Under the pieces are notes generated by a model, which did not search any database, was not told the origin of the DNA, and saw only the letters and a program-made list of their open reading frames with translations. The translations under genes were made by a program, and so were the position numbers. From an uncultured Bacilli bacterium (GTDB taxonomy: Bacteria; Bacillota_I; Bacilli_A; RF39; UBA660), in the NCBI GenBank assembly GCA_947632565.1, contig CANRPT010000001.1, positions 1-32,000 of the forward strand: DNA of 32,000 nt. Direction: 5' to 3'. This document shows positions 14,314 to 22,986 of the stretch, piece by piece; the first letter of the stretch is position 1, and each line of letters opens with the position of its first letter.

Positions 14314-15379
14314 ATTTATTTTTTTCTATTTTGATTATTACTTGATAAGTATTTTCAAAATCCATTTCTTCTACTCTAATTTCAAATCCTTTATTTTGTA
14401 GTTTTGCGGTTACTCCTTTTATTTCATTGATTGCATCTTTTAAAGTATATACTTGTGTTGTTTTTAATAAATCTTCTATTGTTTTAAAATCTGAATGAGG
14501 ATTTATTGATTCTTCTTTTGATTCTGGTTTTTCAATATGGATTTCTTCCACATCTTCTGTCTTTTGTTCTTCTTCATCATCTAAAATATCTAAATCTTCT
14601 TTTGGTGCTGGAATATCAAATAAATCATATTCTTCTACTAGAGATTCTTCTTGATTAGATTTTGGTGTTTGATTGCTTTTTAGTAAAGCGTCCATTTTAT
14701 TTGCTACTTCTATTTTAGGACCTGTTTCATTTATTACTGCTGCAACGTTATCATTTGAAAAGCCAGAAGGCAGAACATTTTCCCCTTTTATAGTTTTAAT
14801 TTCATTATCTAATTCTCTTACTGTCATTCTATTTTCTATTACTTTTTTTAGCATATTTACTTGATCTACACTATTTTCTAAATTTAATAAACTTCTTGCA
14901 TGACGTTCTGAAATTTGATCTTTTAATAGAGCTTCTTGCACTTCATCTGGAAGAGATAACAATCTCATTTTATTTGCAATCGCTGCTTGAGATTTTCCCA
15001 TTGTTTGTCCTAATTCTTCTTGCGTCATAGAATCTAATTCTAATATTTTTTGATAAGTTCTTGCTTCTTCTATTGCGGATAAATCTTTTCTTTGTAGATT
15101 TTCTAAAAGGGCAACTTTAGAAGCTTCTTTATCATCCAAATTACGAATGATAGCTGGTATTTTCGTAAGTCCTGCCATAGCGGTAGCTTTATATCTTCTT
15201 TCTCCAGCTATAATTTCGTATTTATCACCTATTTTTCTCACAATAATTGGTTGGATTACTCCATGTTTTTTAATCGATTCTGATAATTCTTTTAATGCTT
15301 CTTCATGAAAAACTTCTCTTGGTTGAAAACGATTTGGAATAATATCATCTAAGTATAATTCTACTACTTCGCTATCCAT
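14312..15379 (-). CDS. noc: Nucleoid occlusion protein Noc (ParB paralog) with atypical architecture.
   Basis: 355 aa. It has IIPNRFQPR, IIAGERRYKA and the HTH GKSQAAIANKMRLLSLP...ISERHARSL, which carries the Q / ANK / ERHAR signature I remember from B. subtilis Noc (GKGQSTIANKLRLL...ITERHARAL). The C-terminus GFEIRVEEMDFENTYQVIIKIEK resembles the Noc C-terminal domain. The position upstream of parA-parB fits. Confidence 0.85.
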   Translation of the reverse strand: MDSEVVELYLDDIIPNRFQPREVFHEEALKELSESIKKHGVIQPIIVRKIGDKYEIIAGERRYKATAMAGLTKIPAIIRNLDDKEASKVALLENLQRKDLSAIEEARTYQKILELDSMTQEELGQTMGKSQAAIANKMRLLSLPDEVQEALLKDQISERHARSLLNLENSVDQVNMLKKVIENRMTVRELDNEIKTIKGENVLPSGFSNDNVAAVINETGPKIEVANKMDALLKSNQTPKSNQEESLVEEYDLFDIPAPKEDLDILDDEEEQKTEDVEEIHIEKPESKEESINPHSDFKTIEDLLKTTQVYTLKDAINEIKGVTAKLQNKGFEIRVEEMDFENTYQVIIKIEKNK

Positions 15380-15422
15380 AATTTACCCTCTTTTCATTCT
15401 TCTACTCTTTTCTACTATATAC

Positions 15423-15431
15423 ATTATAACA
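15423..15431 (-). promoter_or_regulatory. Extended -10 promoter (TGtTATAAT) for noc.
   Basis: The minus strand reads ...tttaTGtTATAATgtatatag..., about 44 nt upstream of the ATG. Confidence 0.4.
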
Positions 15432-15451
15432 TAAAAATAGAAGGAAACAAG

Positions 15452-15482
15452 AAAAAAAGTCAAAATTTGTGGTTTTGACTTT
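15452..15482 (-). terminator. Intrinsic terminator after the HD-domain gene.
   Basis: The minus strand reads GTCAAAA ccacaaa TTTTGAC TTTTTTT. Confidence 0.75.
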
Positions 15483-15483
15483 C

Positions 15484-16068
15484 CTATTTTCTAATTAATA
15501 GTATTTTGGCTGCTTCATAATGAGGCTCGATAATTTTCTTTCCTTGTTCGGATAATTTATGATAACTTCTTTCTAGTTTATGAAAAACAAAATCTGCTCC
15601 TTCATTAATTCCCATCTGTTTTTCTACATAAACCATACTTAGTAAAGAAGGTACACTATAAAAATGGGCCATTGCATCCGAATCTGCTATGCATATTTCT
15701 TCAGGGGTTGTTTTTTTCACTAATCTACTACCTCTATGATTTAAAATACATTTTTTTATTAAATCAATTTGTTCTTGTTTTAATTGATACTTTTCTAATA
15801 TTTGACCAGCAATTTGTGCTCCTATGATATGGTGTTCTTCGGTATAATCTTTATTTGTTACGCTTGCTACATCATGTAATAAGGCAGCTAGTGCCACTGT
15901 ATAGTAATCTGCATGGTAAAGTTCATGATTTTTTATAGCAATTTGATAGACTAATTCGATATGATGCGTCCAGGCTCCCATTCCATAAGCATTGGTTGGT
16001 TGTTCACATCTTCTGTTGACTTCTTCATAAACTTCTTGAATGATTTGTTCTATTGTATAAGTTTCCAT
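15484..16068 (-). CDS. HD-domain phosphohydrolase.
   Basis: 194 aa with WTHHIELV ... ALLHDVAS (H...HD metal-binding motif). There is no terminator between it and rsmG. Confidence 0.75.
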   Translation of the reverse strand: METYTIEQIIQEVYEEVNRRCEQPTNAYGMGAWTHHIELVYQIAIKNHELYHADYYTVALAALLHDVASVTNKDYTEEHHIIGAQIAGQILEKYQLKQEQIDLIKKCILNHRGSRLVKKTTPEEICIADSDAMAHFYSVPSLLSMVYVEKQMGINEGADFVFHKLERSYHKLSEQGKKIIEPHYEAAKILLIRK

Positions 16069-16103
16069 TTTTAATCTCCTTCCTGATAGAATTGTTTTTG
16101 GAA

Positions 16104-16802
16104 TTAATCTTTTTTTATTTTATCCATTTTTCTTGGATATAGTGGATTTGTCTTTTTTAATTTCTTGATATATATAATGTTTCTTATACTATTTTCTACT
16201 GGTAAAGAAAAAGTTTCTATTTTTTCTATTTGACTATCTAATTTATTTAGGATATCTTTACTATTTTCTAATTCTTCTTCGATATTTGCTTTCATTGCAA
16301 TCAAGTAACCTTGTTCTTTTACCATTGGAATACATAATTCTGATAATACTTTTAAGTTGGCTACCGCTCTAGCAGTTACGATATCAAATTTTTCACGATT
16401 TACTTTGGCATAATCTTCTGCTCTCGTATGAATTGTTTCTATTTCTGTTAATTCTAATTTTTGAATGATATCATTTAGGTAATTGATTCTTTTTTGCAAG
16501 GAATCGATTAACGTAATTTTTAGATTTGGAAAAGCAATTTTTAAAACAATTCCAGGAAATCCTGCCCCTGTTCCTACATCACATAAAGAAAGATTTTGAT
16601 TTAGATCAATTCCTTTTACTAAAGTTAAACTATCATAAAAGTGTTTTAAATAAACATCTTCTTGATTGGTAATTCTAGTTAAATTCATTTTTTCATTCCA
16701 AGTTATTAATAGACGATAGAATTCTTCTAATTGATTTTGTTGCTTTTGATTGAAACATATTCCTAATTTTTTAGTTTCTTCTATAAATAATTCTAAATTC
16801 AT
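16104..16802 (-). CDS. rsmG: 16S rRNA (guanine527-N7)-methyltransferase RsmG (GidB).
   Basis: 232 aa with the SAM motif LCDVGTGAGFPGIVLKI. Its ATG overlaps the mnmG stop (ATGA). Confidence 0.95.
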   Translation of the reverse strand: MNLELFIEETKKLGICFNQKQQNQLEEFYRLLITWNEKMNLTRITNQEDVYLKHFYDSLTLVKGIDLNQNLSLCDVGTGAGFPGIVLKIAFPNLKITLIDSLQKRINYLNDIIQKLELTEIETIHTRAEDYAKVNREKFDIVTARAVANLKVLSELCIPMVKEQGYLIAMKANIEEELENSKDILNKLDSQIEKIETFSLPVENSIRNIIYIKKLKKTNPLYPRKMDKIKKD

Positions 16803-18658
16803 ATTCTTTTTTCCTTTTTTAAATAAACCATTAAGATGGAAATATCTGCTGGGTTTACTCCACTAATACGAGAGGCTTGTCCTATTGTAGTTGGTTTAAT
16901 CATTGATAATTTTTGTCTTGCTTCACTCGCTAAATTATGAATTTCCTCATAATGGATATCTTCTGGTATTTTTATTTTTTCTAAATCCAGCATTTTTTCT
17001 GCTTCTTTATTGGCTTTCACGATATATCCTTCATATTTGGTTTGAATTTCTACTTGTTCTATTACTTCTTTACTAACCTTTATCTCTATCCATTTTTTCA
17101 AAGTTTCTACTGTAATTTCTGGTCTTTTTAATAAATCATATAAAGTAATTCCATCTAATAATTTTGCGGAAGGAATCGATTCTAAGTAAGCATTATTTTC
17201 TTCTGTAGGAGTAATTTTGGTTGCTTTTAAAAGTTCTAGCGTAGATGTTATTTCTTCTTTTTTCTTTAGAAATTTTTGGTATTTTTCTTCTGTTATTAAT
17301 CCGATTTCATGACCATATTCTCTTAATCGTAAATCGGCATTATCATGTCTTAATAATAAGCGATATTCGGCACGAGAAGTTAACATACGATATGGTTCTT
17401 TCGTTCCTTTGGTTACTAAATCATCAATTAAAACTCCAATATAAGCTTCATTTCTTTTTAGAATGAATGGTTCTTGATTGTGAATTTTACGAGATGCATT
17501 GATTCCGGCTATTAGTCCTTGACCTGCAGCTTCTTCATATCCACTTGTACCATTAATTTGTCCAGCGGTAAATAAGTTTTCTATTACTTTTGTTTCTAGA
17601 GATTGTTTTAATTGTAAGGGATCAATGGCATCATATTCAATCGCATAAGCATATTTTAAAATTTTGGCATGTTCTAAACCTGGTAAGCTATGTACCATTT
17701 TTTCCTGAATATCTTCTGGCATACTTGTTGAAAAACCTTGAATATAAATATCGTCATAATAAATACTTTCTGGTTCTAGAAATAATTGATGTCTTTCTTT
17801 ATCTTGAAATCTTACTACTTTATCTTCAATGGATGGGCAGTATCTAGGACCAACTCCTTCTACATATCCCCCATACATACTAGATTTTTCTAAATTATCT
17901 TTAATAATTTGATGAGTTTCTTTCGTTGTATAGATCAAATGGCAGGGAATTTGATCTTCTACTTGATAGCTTGGAAGATTATCAAAAGAAAACGTATATA
18001 ATTCTTTATCTCCTTCTTCTATTTGTGTTTTTGAAAAATCGATACTACTTTTTTCAATTCTTGGTGGTGTTCCTGTTTTTAATCTTTGAATGGTAAAACC
18101 ATATTCTTTTAATTTATCACTTAAAAATTGAGATGGTCTTTCTCCATGTGGTCCACTAGAAGTTTTTTTACTTCCTCTTAGTACAACCGCTTTTAGATAA
18201 GTTCCGGTTGTTAGAATTACTGCTTGAGATTCTATTTTTTGTTGATTTTCTAAAACTACTCCTTTTACTTGTTGATTTTCTATGATTAAATCTTCTACAA
18301 GGGATTCTAAAATATCTAAATTTTTTTCTTTTTCTAATGTTTCTAACATCACTTTTGGATAAGTGATTTTATCTCCTTGAGCACGTAAGGCACGAACAGC
18401 TGGTCCTTTTTTCGTGTTGAGCATTTTGATTTGTAGAAAACTATGATCGATATTATTCGCCATTTCTCCACCTAAGGCATCAATTTCTCTTACGATAATT
18501 CCTTTTGCTGGTCCACCGATAGAAGGATTACATGGCATATCTGCGATATTTTTTTTATTTCCTGTTATTAATAAGGTTTTATTTCCTAGTCTTGCAGAAG
18601 CTAAAGAGGCTTCACATCCGGCATGTCCTCCCCCTACTACAATAATATCGTATTTCAT
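16799..18658 (-). CDS. mnmG: tRNA uridine 5-carboxymethylaminomethyl modification enzyme MnmG (GidA).
   Basis: Listed ORF starts at GTG 18667. I prefer ATG 18658 (MKYDIIVVGGGHAGCEA, the FAD motif) because the SD GAGGAAGTGG lies upstream. Confidence 0.97.
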   Translation of the reverse strand: MKYDIIVVGGGHAGCEASLASARLGNKTLLITGNKKNIADMPCNPSIGGPAKGIIVREIDALGGEMANNIDHSFLQIKMLNTKKGPAVRALRAQGDKITYPKVMLETLEKEKNLDILESLVEDLIIENQQVKGVVLENQQKIESQAVILTTGTYLKAVVLRGSKKTSSGPHGERPSQFLSDKLKEYGFTIQRLKTGTPPRIEKSSIDFSKTQIEEGDKELYTFSFDNLPSYQVEDQIPCHLIYTTKETHQIIKDNLEKSSMYGGYVEGVGPRYCPSIEDKVVRFQDKERHQLFLEPESIYYDDIYIQGFSTSMPEDIQEKMVHSLPGLEHAKILKYAYAIEYDAIDPLQLKQSLETKVIENLFTAGQINGTSGYEEAAGQGLIAGINASRKIHNQEPFILKRNEAYIGVLIDDLVTKGTKEPYRMLTSRAEYRLLLRHDNADLRLREYGHEIGLITEEKYQKFLKKKEEITSTLELLKATKITPTEENNAYLESIPSAKLLDGITLYDLLKRPEITVETLKKWIEIKVSKEVIEQVEIQTKYEGYIVKANKEAEKMLDLEKIKIPEDIHYEEIHNLASEARQKLSMIKPTTIGQASRISGVNPADISILMVYLKKEKRI

Positions 18659-18740
18659 CTTTTCCACTTCCTCTTTTTCTGGATTTTATTATACAATATT
18701 TTTTCATTTTTGATTATTTTTTTTCTTAATATACAAAAAA

Positions 18741-18760
18741 ATTATTTCCCGGGAAATAAT
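18741..18760. promoter_or_regulatory. Perfect 20-bp palindrome ATTATTTCCCGGGAAATAAT containing the Noc-binding-site consensus. It could also act as the terminator hairpin of the ITPase-like gene.
   Basis: The core ATTTCCCGGGAAAT (18744..18757) is identical to the NBS consensus reported for B. subtilis Noc. On the minus strand the palindrome is followed by TTTTTTT. Confidence 0.7.
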
Positions 18761-18802
18761 TTTTGATGTTAAATTATATTTTTTGTATTGGTATTACATT
18801 TT

Positions 18803-19360
18803 TTATTGTTTATTTTTTAAATAATCATACAATTGCATATAAGCGGTGTTATCCCAGAATTTCCATCTTTCTTCATCGGGATAGTTTCCCATTGTTTTAT
18901 CAGATCCTTCTGGAATAAAAATAAAATCCCAACTCCAACCATATTCGCCACTTGGTTCTTTGGCAATGGTTCCCTTCGTTTTTGAAATAAAAGCTACTGG
19001 TTCTTTTCCATATTCGGTATAAGATAATACCTCTAGAAAATAGGCTTCTCTATTTTCTTGGTTCTCCATTAATTTTAAAATACCTTCTATTCCTAAAGTT
19101 TGGTCCACATATTTTGTATAAGCTGCTGGAAAATTATTTAATGCTGGAATGATTAAACCAGAATCATTTTTTAACGTGTTTTCTTTTAAATAATTGCTAG
19201 CATATTGAGAAGAATAATTTGCTACTTCTTCAATTGTATCTGCTTGAATTTCTGGACAATCGATCTTTTTGGCAATGATTTCTACTCCTAATGATTCTAA
19301 ATTTTCTTTGGCTACTTTTACTTTAAAAGAATTTGTCGTTATATAATTTATTTTTAACAT
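18803..19360 (-). CDS. Ham1/ITPA-like non-canonical purine NTP pyrophosphatase.
   Basis: 185 aa. By eye, INYITTNSFKV, KKIDCPEIQADTIEEVA, NDSGLIIPALNNFPAAYTKY and YGWSWDFIFIPEG align with ITPA motifs (TGNxxK, ID.PE.QG, ED..L.F.AL.G.PG.Y.K, FGWDP.F.P). Confidence 0.6.
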   Translation of the reverse strand: MLKINYITTNSFKVKVAKENLESLGVEIIAKKIDCPEIQADTIEEVANYSSQYASNYLKENTLKNDSGLIIPALNNFPAAYTKYVDQTLGIEGILKLMENQENREAYFLEVLSYTEYGKEPVAFISKTKGTIAKEPSGEYGWSWDFIFIPEGSDKTMGNYPDEERWKFWDNTAYMQLYDYLKNKQ

Positions 19361-19381
19361 ATTTTCTTATCCTTTCTATTT

Positions 19382-20737
19382 TTATTTTCCTAAACAAAAT
19401 TGGCTAAATAATTGGTCAATCAATTCTTCTGTATAGGTCTCTCCTATTATTTCTCCTAACTTTTCCCAGGCTCGTTTGATATCGATTTCAACCATGTCTA
19501 CTGGAATTTCTTGTTTGATTCCCTCTTCTACTTCTTCTAGAATTTGATTGGCTTCTTTTGCAAGAGAAATTTGTCTCACATTGGTAAGATAGATATTATC
19601 ATTTTGTTCTAATTCATTCATATGAAATAATTCTATTATTTTTTCTTTTAAAGAATCGATTCCTTCCGATTCTAGTGTATTGGTATAGACAATATTTTGA
19701 TAATTGATTTCTTCTATATTTATTTTTCTTTCTAAATCATTTTTATTTACCACAACAATTGTCTTTTTTTCTTGACAAGCATTTAATATTTTTTTATCTT
19801 CTTCTGTCAATTCTTCATTATGATTCAAAACTAGAATAATTAAATCTGCTTCTTCGATTAATTTTAAACTTTTTTCTACTCCAATTTTTTCTACTACATC
19901 AGATGTTTCTCTAATTCCTGCTGTATCAATGATATTTAAGGCTACTCCTTGTATCGTAATACTTCCTTCTACCGTATCTCTGGTTGTTCCTTCTACTTCT
20001 GTAACAATTGCTTTTTCCTCTTTTAATAAACGATTTAAAATACTACTTTTTCCGACATTTGGTTTTCCAATAATCACTGTTTTAATTCCATTAGTTAGAA
20101 TTTTTCCATTTTCACTTTCCTCTATTATTTTTTGTAACTTCTCTTTGATTTTTTTGATTTCTGGTTTTACTTTTTCATTCGTCATTACAATTGCATCTTC
20201 ATATTCTGGATAATCTATATTGACCTCAATAGAAGCTAAAAGTTCTAGTATTTCTTGTCTTAAAGTTTGAATCATATTTCTAATTTTTCCATTTAATCCT
20301 TGTATTGCGACTTTTCTTTTGGATTCATTTTTAGATTCAATTAAATCCATTACAGATTCGGCTTGTGTTAAATCAATTCTTCCATTTAGAAAAGCTCTTT
20401 TGGTAAATTCTCCTGGTTCTGCTAATCTGGCTCCATGATTTAATACTAATTCTAATACTTTATTGGTGGTAGAAATTCCACCATGACAATTAATTTCTAC
20501 AATATCTTCTGTCGTAAATGTTTTAGGAGATTTCATTACAGTTACTAATACTTCATCGATGATTTCTTCTTTTTCTAGGATATGTCCATAATGAATCGTA
20601 TGGGTTTCTACCTGTTCCAAGTCTTTTCCTTGAAAGATTTGATTTACGATAGAAATGGCATTTTTTCCACTTACTCTAATAATAGAAATTGCACCTACTC
20701 CAAGGGTGGTAGAAATCGCAGCAATTGTATCATTCAT
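19382..20737 (-). CDS. mnmE: tRNA modification GTPase MnmE (TrmE/ThdF).
   Basis: Listed ORF starts at 20761. I prefer ATG 20737 (MNDTIAAIST) because the SD AAGGAGG lies 7 nt upstream. It has the G-domain GKPNVGKSS and the C-terminal FCLGK. Confidence 0.96.
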   Translation of the reverse strand: MNDTIAAISTTLGVGAISIIRVSGKNAISIVNQIFQGKDLEQVETHTIHYGHILEKEEIIDEVLVTVMKSPKTFTTEDIVEINCHGGISTTNKVLELVLNHGARLAEPGEFTKRAFLNGRIDLTQAESVMDLIESKNESKRKVAIQGLNGKIRNMIQTLRQEILELLASIEVNIDYPEYEDAIVMTNEKVKPEIKKIKEKLQKIIEESENGKILTNGIKTVIIGKPNVGKSSILNRLLKEEKAIVTEVEGTTRDTVEGSITIQGVALNIIDTAGIRETSDVVEKIGVEKSLKLIEEADLIILVLNHNEELTEEDKKILNACQEKKTIVVVNKNDLERKINIEEINYQNIVYTNTLESEGIDSLKEKIIELFHMNELEQNDNIYLTNVRQISLAKEANQILEEVEEGIKQEIPVDMVEIDIKRAWEKLGEIIGETYTEELIDQLFSQFCLGK

Positions 20738-20796
20738 AGTAGAACCTCCTTTTGATAGCATTATATTATCACTTTTTTTCCAAAAAGAAAAGAAGA

Positions 20797-21411
20797 TTAT
20801 TCCTCTTCCTTTGGTTTAATTACAACACAACGATTTGGTTCTTCTCCTTCACTTTCTGTCGTTACTTTTTTATTTTCAGAAAGTGCCGTATGAATAATTC
20901 TTCTTTCATAAGAATTCATTGGGTCTAATTTTGCAGCAATTTTAGTATAAGCTACTTCCCTTGCTACCTTTTTTGCTAATCTCTCTAATTTTTGCTCTTT
21001 TGCTAGTTTATATTCTCCAATATCGATTACGATAGGAAAATATTCTCCGATTTCATTTTGAATCATTTGTTTCACAAATAAAGTAATTGCTTCTAACGTT
21101 CTACCATTTTTTCCAATTAAGATAGAATTGTTATCAGATACAATCGTAAAGGTTACATTCTTCTCTCTTTTTTTTACTTCTAAGTTACCAGTTAGTCCCA
21201 TGTTATGAATTAATTCTTTTAAAAATTCTTTTACGGATTCAATTACTTCATCACGAGTTACTACTTCTATTTCTACTTTCTTATTAAATAAACCATTTTT
21301 TACTTCTGTTTCTTTAATATATAAGTTTTCTTCCATTTCTTGCAGTTCTATTTTTGCATTGTTGATTGCTTCTTCTTTGGTCTTTCCACTATATTTTCTT
21401 TTTTCTAACAT
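20797..21411 (-). CDS. jag: Jag/KhpB RNA-binding protein (KH + R3H domains).
   Basis: Listed ORF starts at 21483. I prefer ATG 21411 (MLEKRKYSGKTKEEAI) because the SD AAAGGAG lies 9 nt upstream. The R3H motif is SYERRIIHTAL. Confidence 0.88.
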   Translation of the reverse strand: MLEKRKYSGKTKEEAINNAKIELQEMEENLYIKETEVKNGLFNKKVEIEVVTRDEVIESVKEFLKELIHNMGLTGNLEVKKREKNVTFTIVSDNNSILIGKNGRTLEAITLFVKQMIQNEIGEYFPIVIDIGEYKLAKEQKLERLAKKVAREVAYTKIAAKLDPMNSYERRIIHTALSENKKVTTESEGEEPNRCVVIKPKEEE

Positions 21412-22334
21412 ACTTCTTTGCTCCTTTTTACAATTAGATTTTGAATTACTGTAAATAAATTCGTTGTAATCCAATAAATACATAAAGCGGTTGGCATAAA
21501 GAATCCCATTACAATAATCATAATTGTCATAATTGTTGTCATACTTTTCATTGGATCTTTTTCTGATTGAGCTGTCGTTTTGTTTAAACTAAATGAAAAG
21601 TATGTTGTTAATCCTACTAATAAAATTAAGATTACATAAAGAGCATTTCCTTGTTGTAATAGTCCTACTGATGGTGTGGTACCTAATTGTAGTCCCAGAA
21701 AATTTTCTTCAAATAAAGATGGTACACGATTAATTGCTTCTAAGAAAGCAATAAATAGTGGTAATTGAATAAAGGCATAGATACATCCTGAAATTGGATT
21801 AATATTATACTTTTTATAAATCATTGTCATTTCTTGACTTTTTCTCATAATCGATTCTTGATCTGTTTTATTCGCATACTTTTTTTCTAATCGATCCAAA
21901 TCTGGTTGCGCTTTTTTCAATAATTCTGATTGTAGTGCTGTTTTTTTGGTAATTGGATAAGCAATTAATCGAATGATTAAACTTGTAATAATTAATGCTA
22001 AAGCGGCACTTTTTACATATTTACTAAACCATAAAATAATAAATGCTAATGGTTTTACAAAAATACCATTCCATAATCCTTCATATCCCCCACTTGTTAT
22101 TTTAAAATCACTACATTTTGGATATTTGGATAAATCTACTCCATTCTCTTCATAAGCCTTTATCGTTTCTTTATTTTCTGGCTGACATAAAATATTTTCT
22201 GTTAAACTTTGTCCTGTTTCTGGATTGGTTACAGCTTTATTATCTTTTCCTTTTAAAGTCTTTGTACAACCTGTTGTTAATAATAGAATCAGGAAAAGAA
22301 GAATGAATAACTTTTTTGAATTATTTTCTTTCAT
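21405..22334 (-). CDS. yidC: Membrane protein insertase YidC/SpoIIIJ (lipoprotein type).
   Basis: 309 aa with the lipobox LLLTTGC and the conserved ...YKKYNINPISGC...LPLFIAF... core. Confidence 0.95.
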   Translation of the reverse strand: MKENNSKKLFILLFLILLLTTGCTKTLKGKDNKAVTNPETGQSLTENILCQPENKETIKAYEENGVDLSKYPKCSDFKITSGGYEGLWNGIFVKPLAFIILWFSKYVKSAALALIITSLIIRLIAYPITKKTALQSELLKKAQPDLDRLEKKYANKTDQESIMRKSQEMTMIYKKYNINPISGCIYAFIQLPLFIAFLEAINRVPSLFEENFLGLQLGTTPSVGLLQQGNALYVILILLVGLTTYFSFSLNKTTAQSEKDPMKSMTTIMTIMIIVMGFFMPTALCIYWITTNLFTVIQNLIVKRSKEVC

Positions 22335-22677
22335 TGAACTCTCCTTCTTTATTTTCTTTTTTCATTATCTCTAAGAAGCTTGTTTCTAGTTCTTGATAAC
22401 TTGCCTCTAAACAACTTCTTTTCATTATTATAATATAATCTTGGTTTTTTTGATAGAGTTTTTTATGATTATCAATAATACTTTTTAATCTTCTTTTTAA
22501 TAAATTCCTAACTACCGCTTTATTCGAAATTTTTTTACCTACAGAAATTCCAAAACGATAATAACCGGTTTCTGTCGTTCGTTTATATAATATATAATGT
22601 TTATTTTTTTGAAAAGACCCTTGTTGAATTGCTTTTTCAAAATCTTTGGTCTCTTTCACAATGTTGATTTTTTTCAC
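22321..22677 (-). CDS. rnpA: Ribonuclease P protein component.
   Basis: 118 aa, GTG start with SD GAGGTG. The gene is basic and contains FGISVGKKISNKAVVRNLLKRRLK. It sits in the rpmH-rnpA-yidC synteny. Confidence 0.93.
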   Translation of the reverse strand: MKKINIVKETKDFEKAIQQGSFQKNKHYILYKRTTETGYYRFGISVGKKISNKAVVRNLLKRRLKSIIDNHKKLYQKNQDYIIIMKRSCLEASYQELETSFLEIMKKENKEGEFNERK

Positions 22678-22699
22678 TCTATCACCTCAATCTTTTCCA

Positions 22700-22729
22700 A
22701 AAAAAGCAAAAAACCACTATAAAGTGGTA
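22700..22729 (-). terminator. Short terminator-like hairpin between rpmH and rnpA, a possible partial terminator.
   Basis: The minus strand reads ACCACT ttat AGTGGT TTTTTTGCTTTTTTT, directly after the rpmH stop. Confidence 0.45.
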
Positions 22730-22730
22730 T

Positions 22731-22853
22731 TTATTTTGATAATCTTTTACGACCTTTTGCTCTTCTTTTGTTTAATACTTTACCTTTTACTCTTGAAAAA
22801 AATCCATGTGTTTTCTTCATTTTACGATTATTTGGTTGATAAGTTCTTTTCAT
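22731..22853 (-). CDS. rpmH: 50S ribosomal protein L34 (short, 40-aa form).
   Basis: It is too short for the ORF track. My translation is [40 protein letters not shown]. The SD GGAGGTG lies 6 nt upstream. Confidence 0.9.
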   Translation of the reverse strand: MKRTYQPNNRKMKKTHGFFSRVKGKVLNKRRAKGRKRLSK

Positions 22854-22884
22854 AGGTCCCACCTCCAGACATAAAATCTACATT

Positions 22885-22914
22885 ATTATAATAAGAATTT
22901 TGTAGTTTTGTCAA
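22885..22914 (-). promoter_or_regulatory. Sigma-A promoter of rpmH.
   Basis: The minus strand reads TTGACA (22914..22909), 18 nt, TATAAT (22890..22885). Confidence 0.6.
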
Positions 22915-22986
22915 TTAAAAGAAAGAATTTTTTTCAAATTTAAAAGAAAAATTTGTTTTCTAATTTGCTATCTTCTTTATTTCACA

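Noticed and set aside
17245-20213. Plus-strand ORFs inside mnmG (17245..17466, 17590..17847) and mnmE (19929..20213); the same applies to 6645..6845, 14673..14864, 21973..22155 and 22118..22306.
   Set aside because: They are antisense to strongly conserved housekeeping genes. I judge them spurious.
22646-22855. Listed 69-aa plus-strand ORF spanning the rnpA start and rpmH.
   Set aside because: It is antisense to rpmH, whose 40-aa L34 translation is unambiguous.
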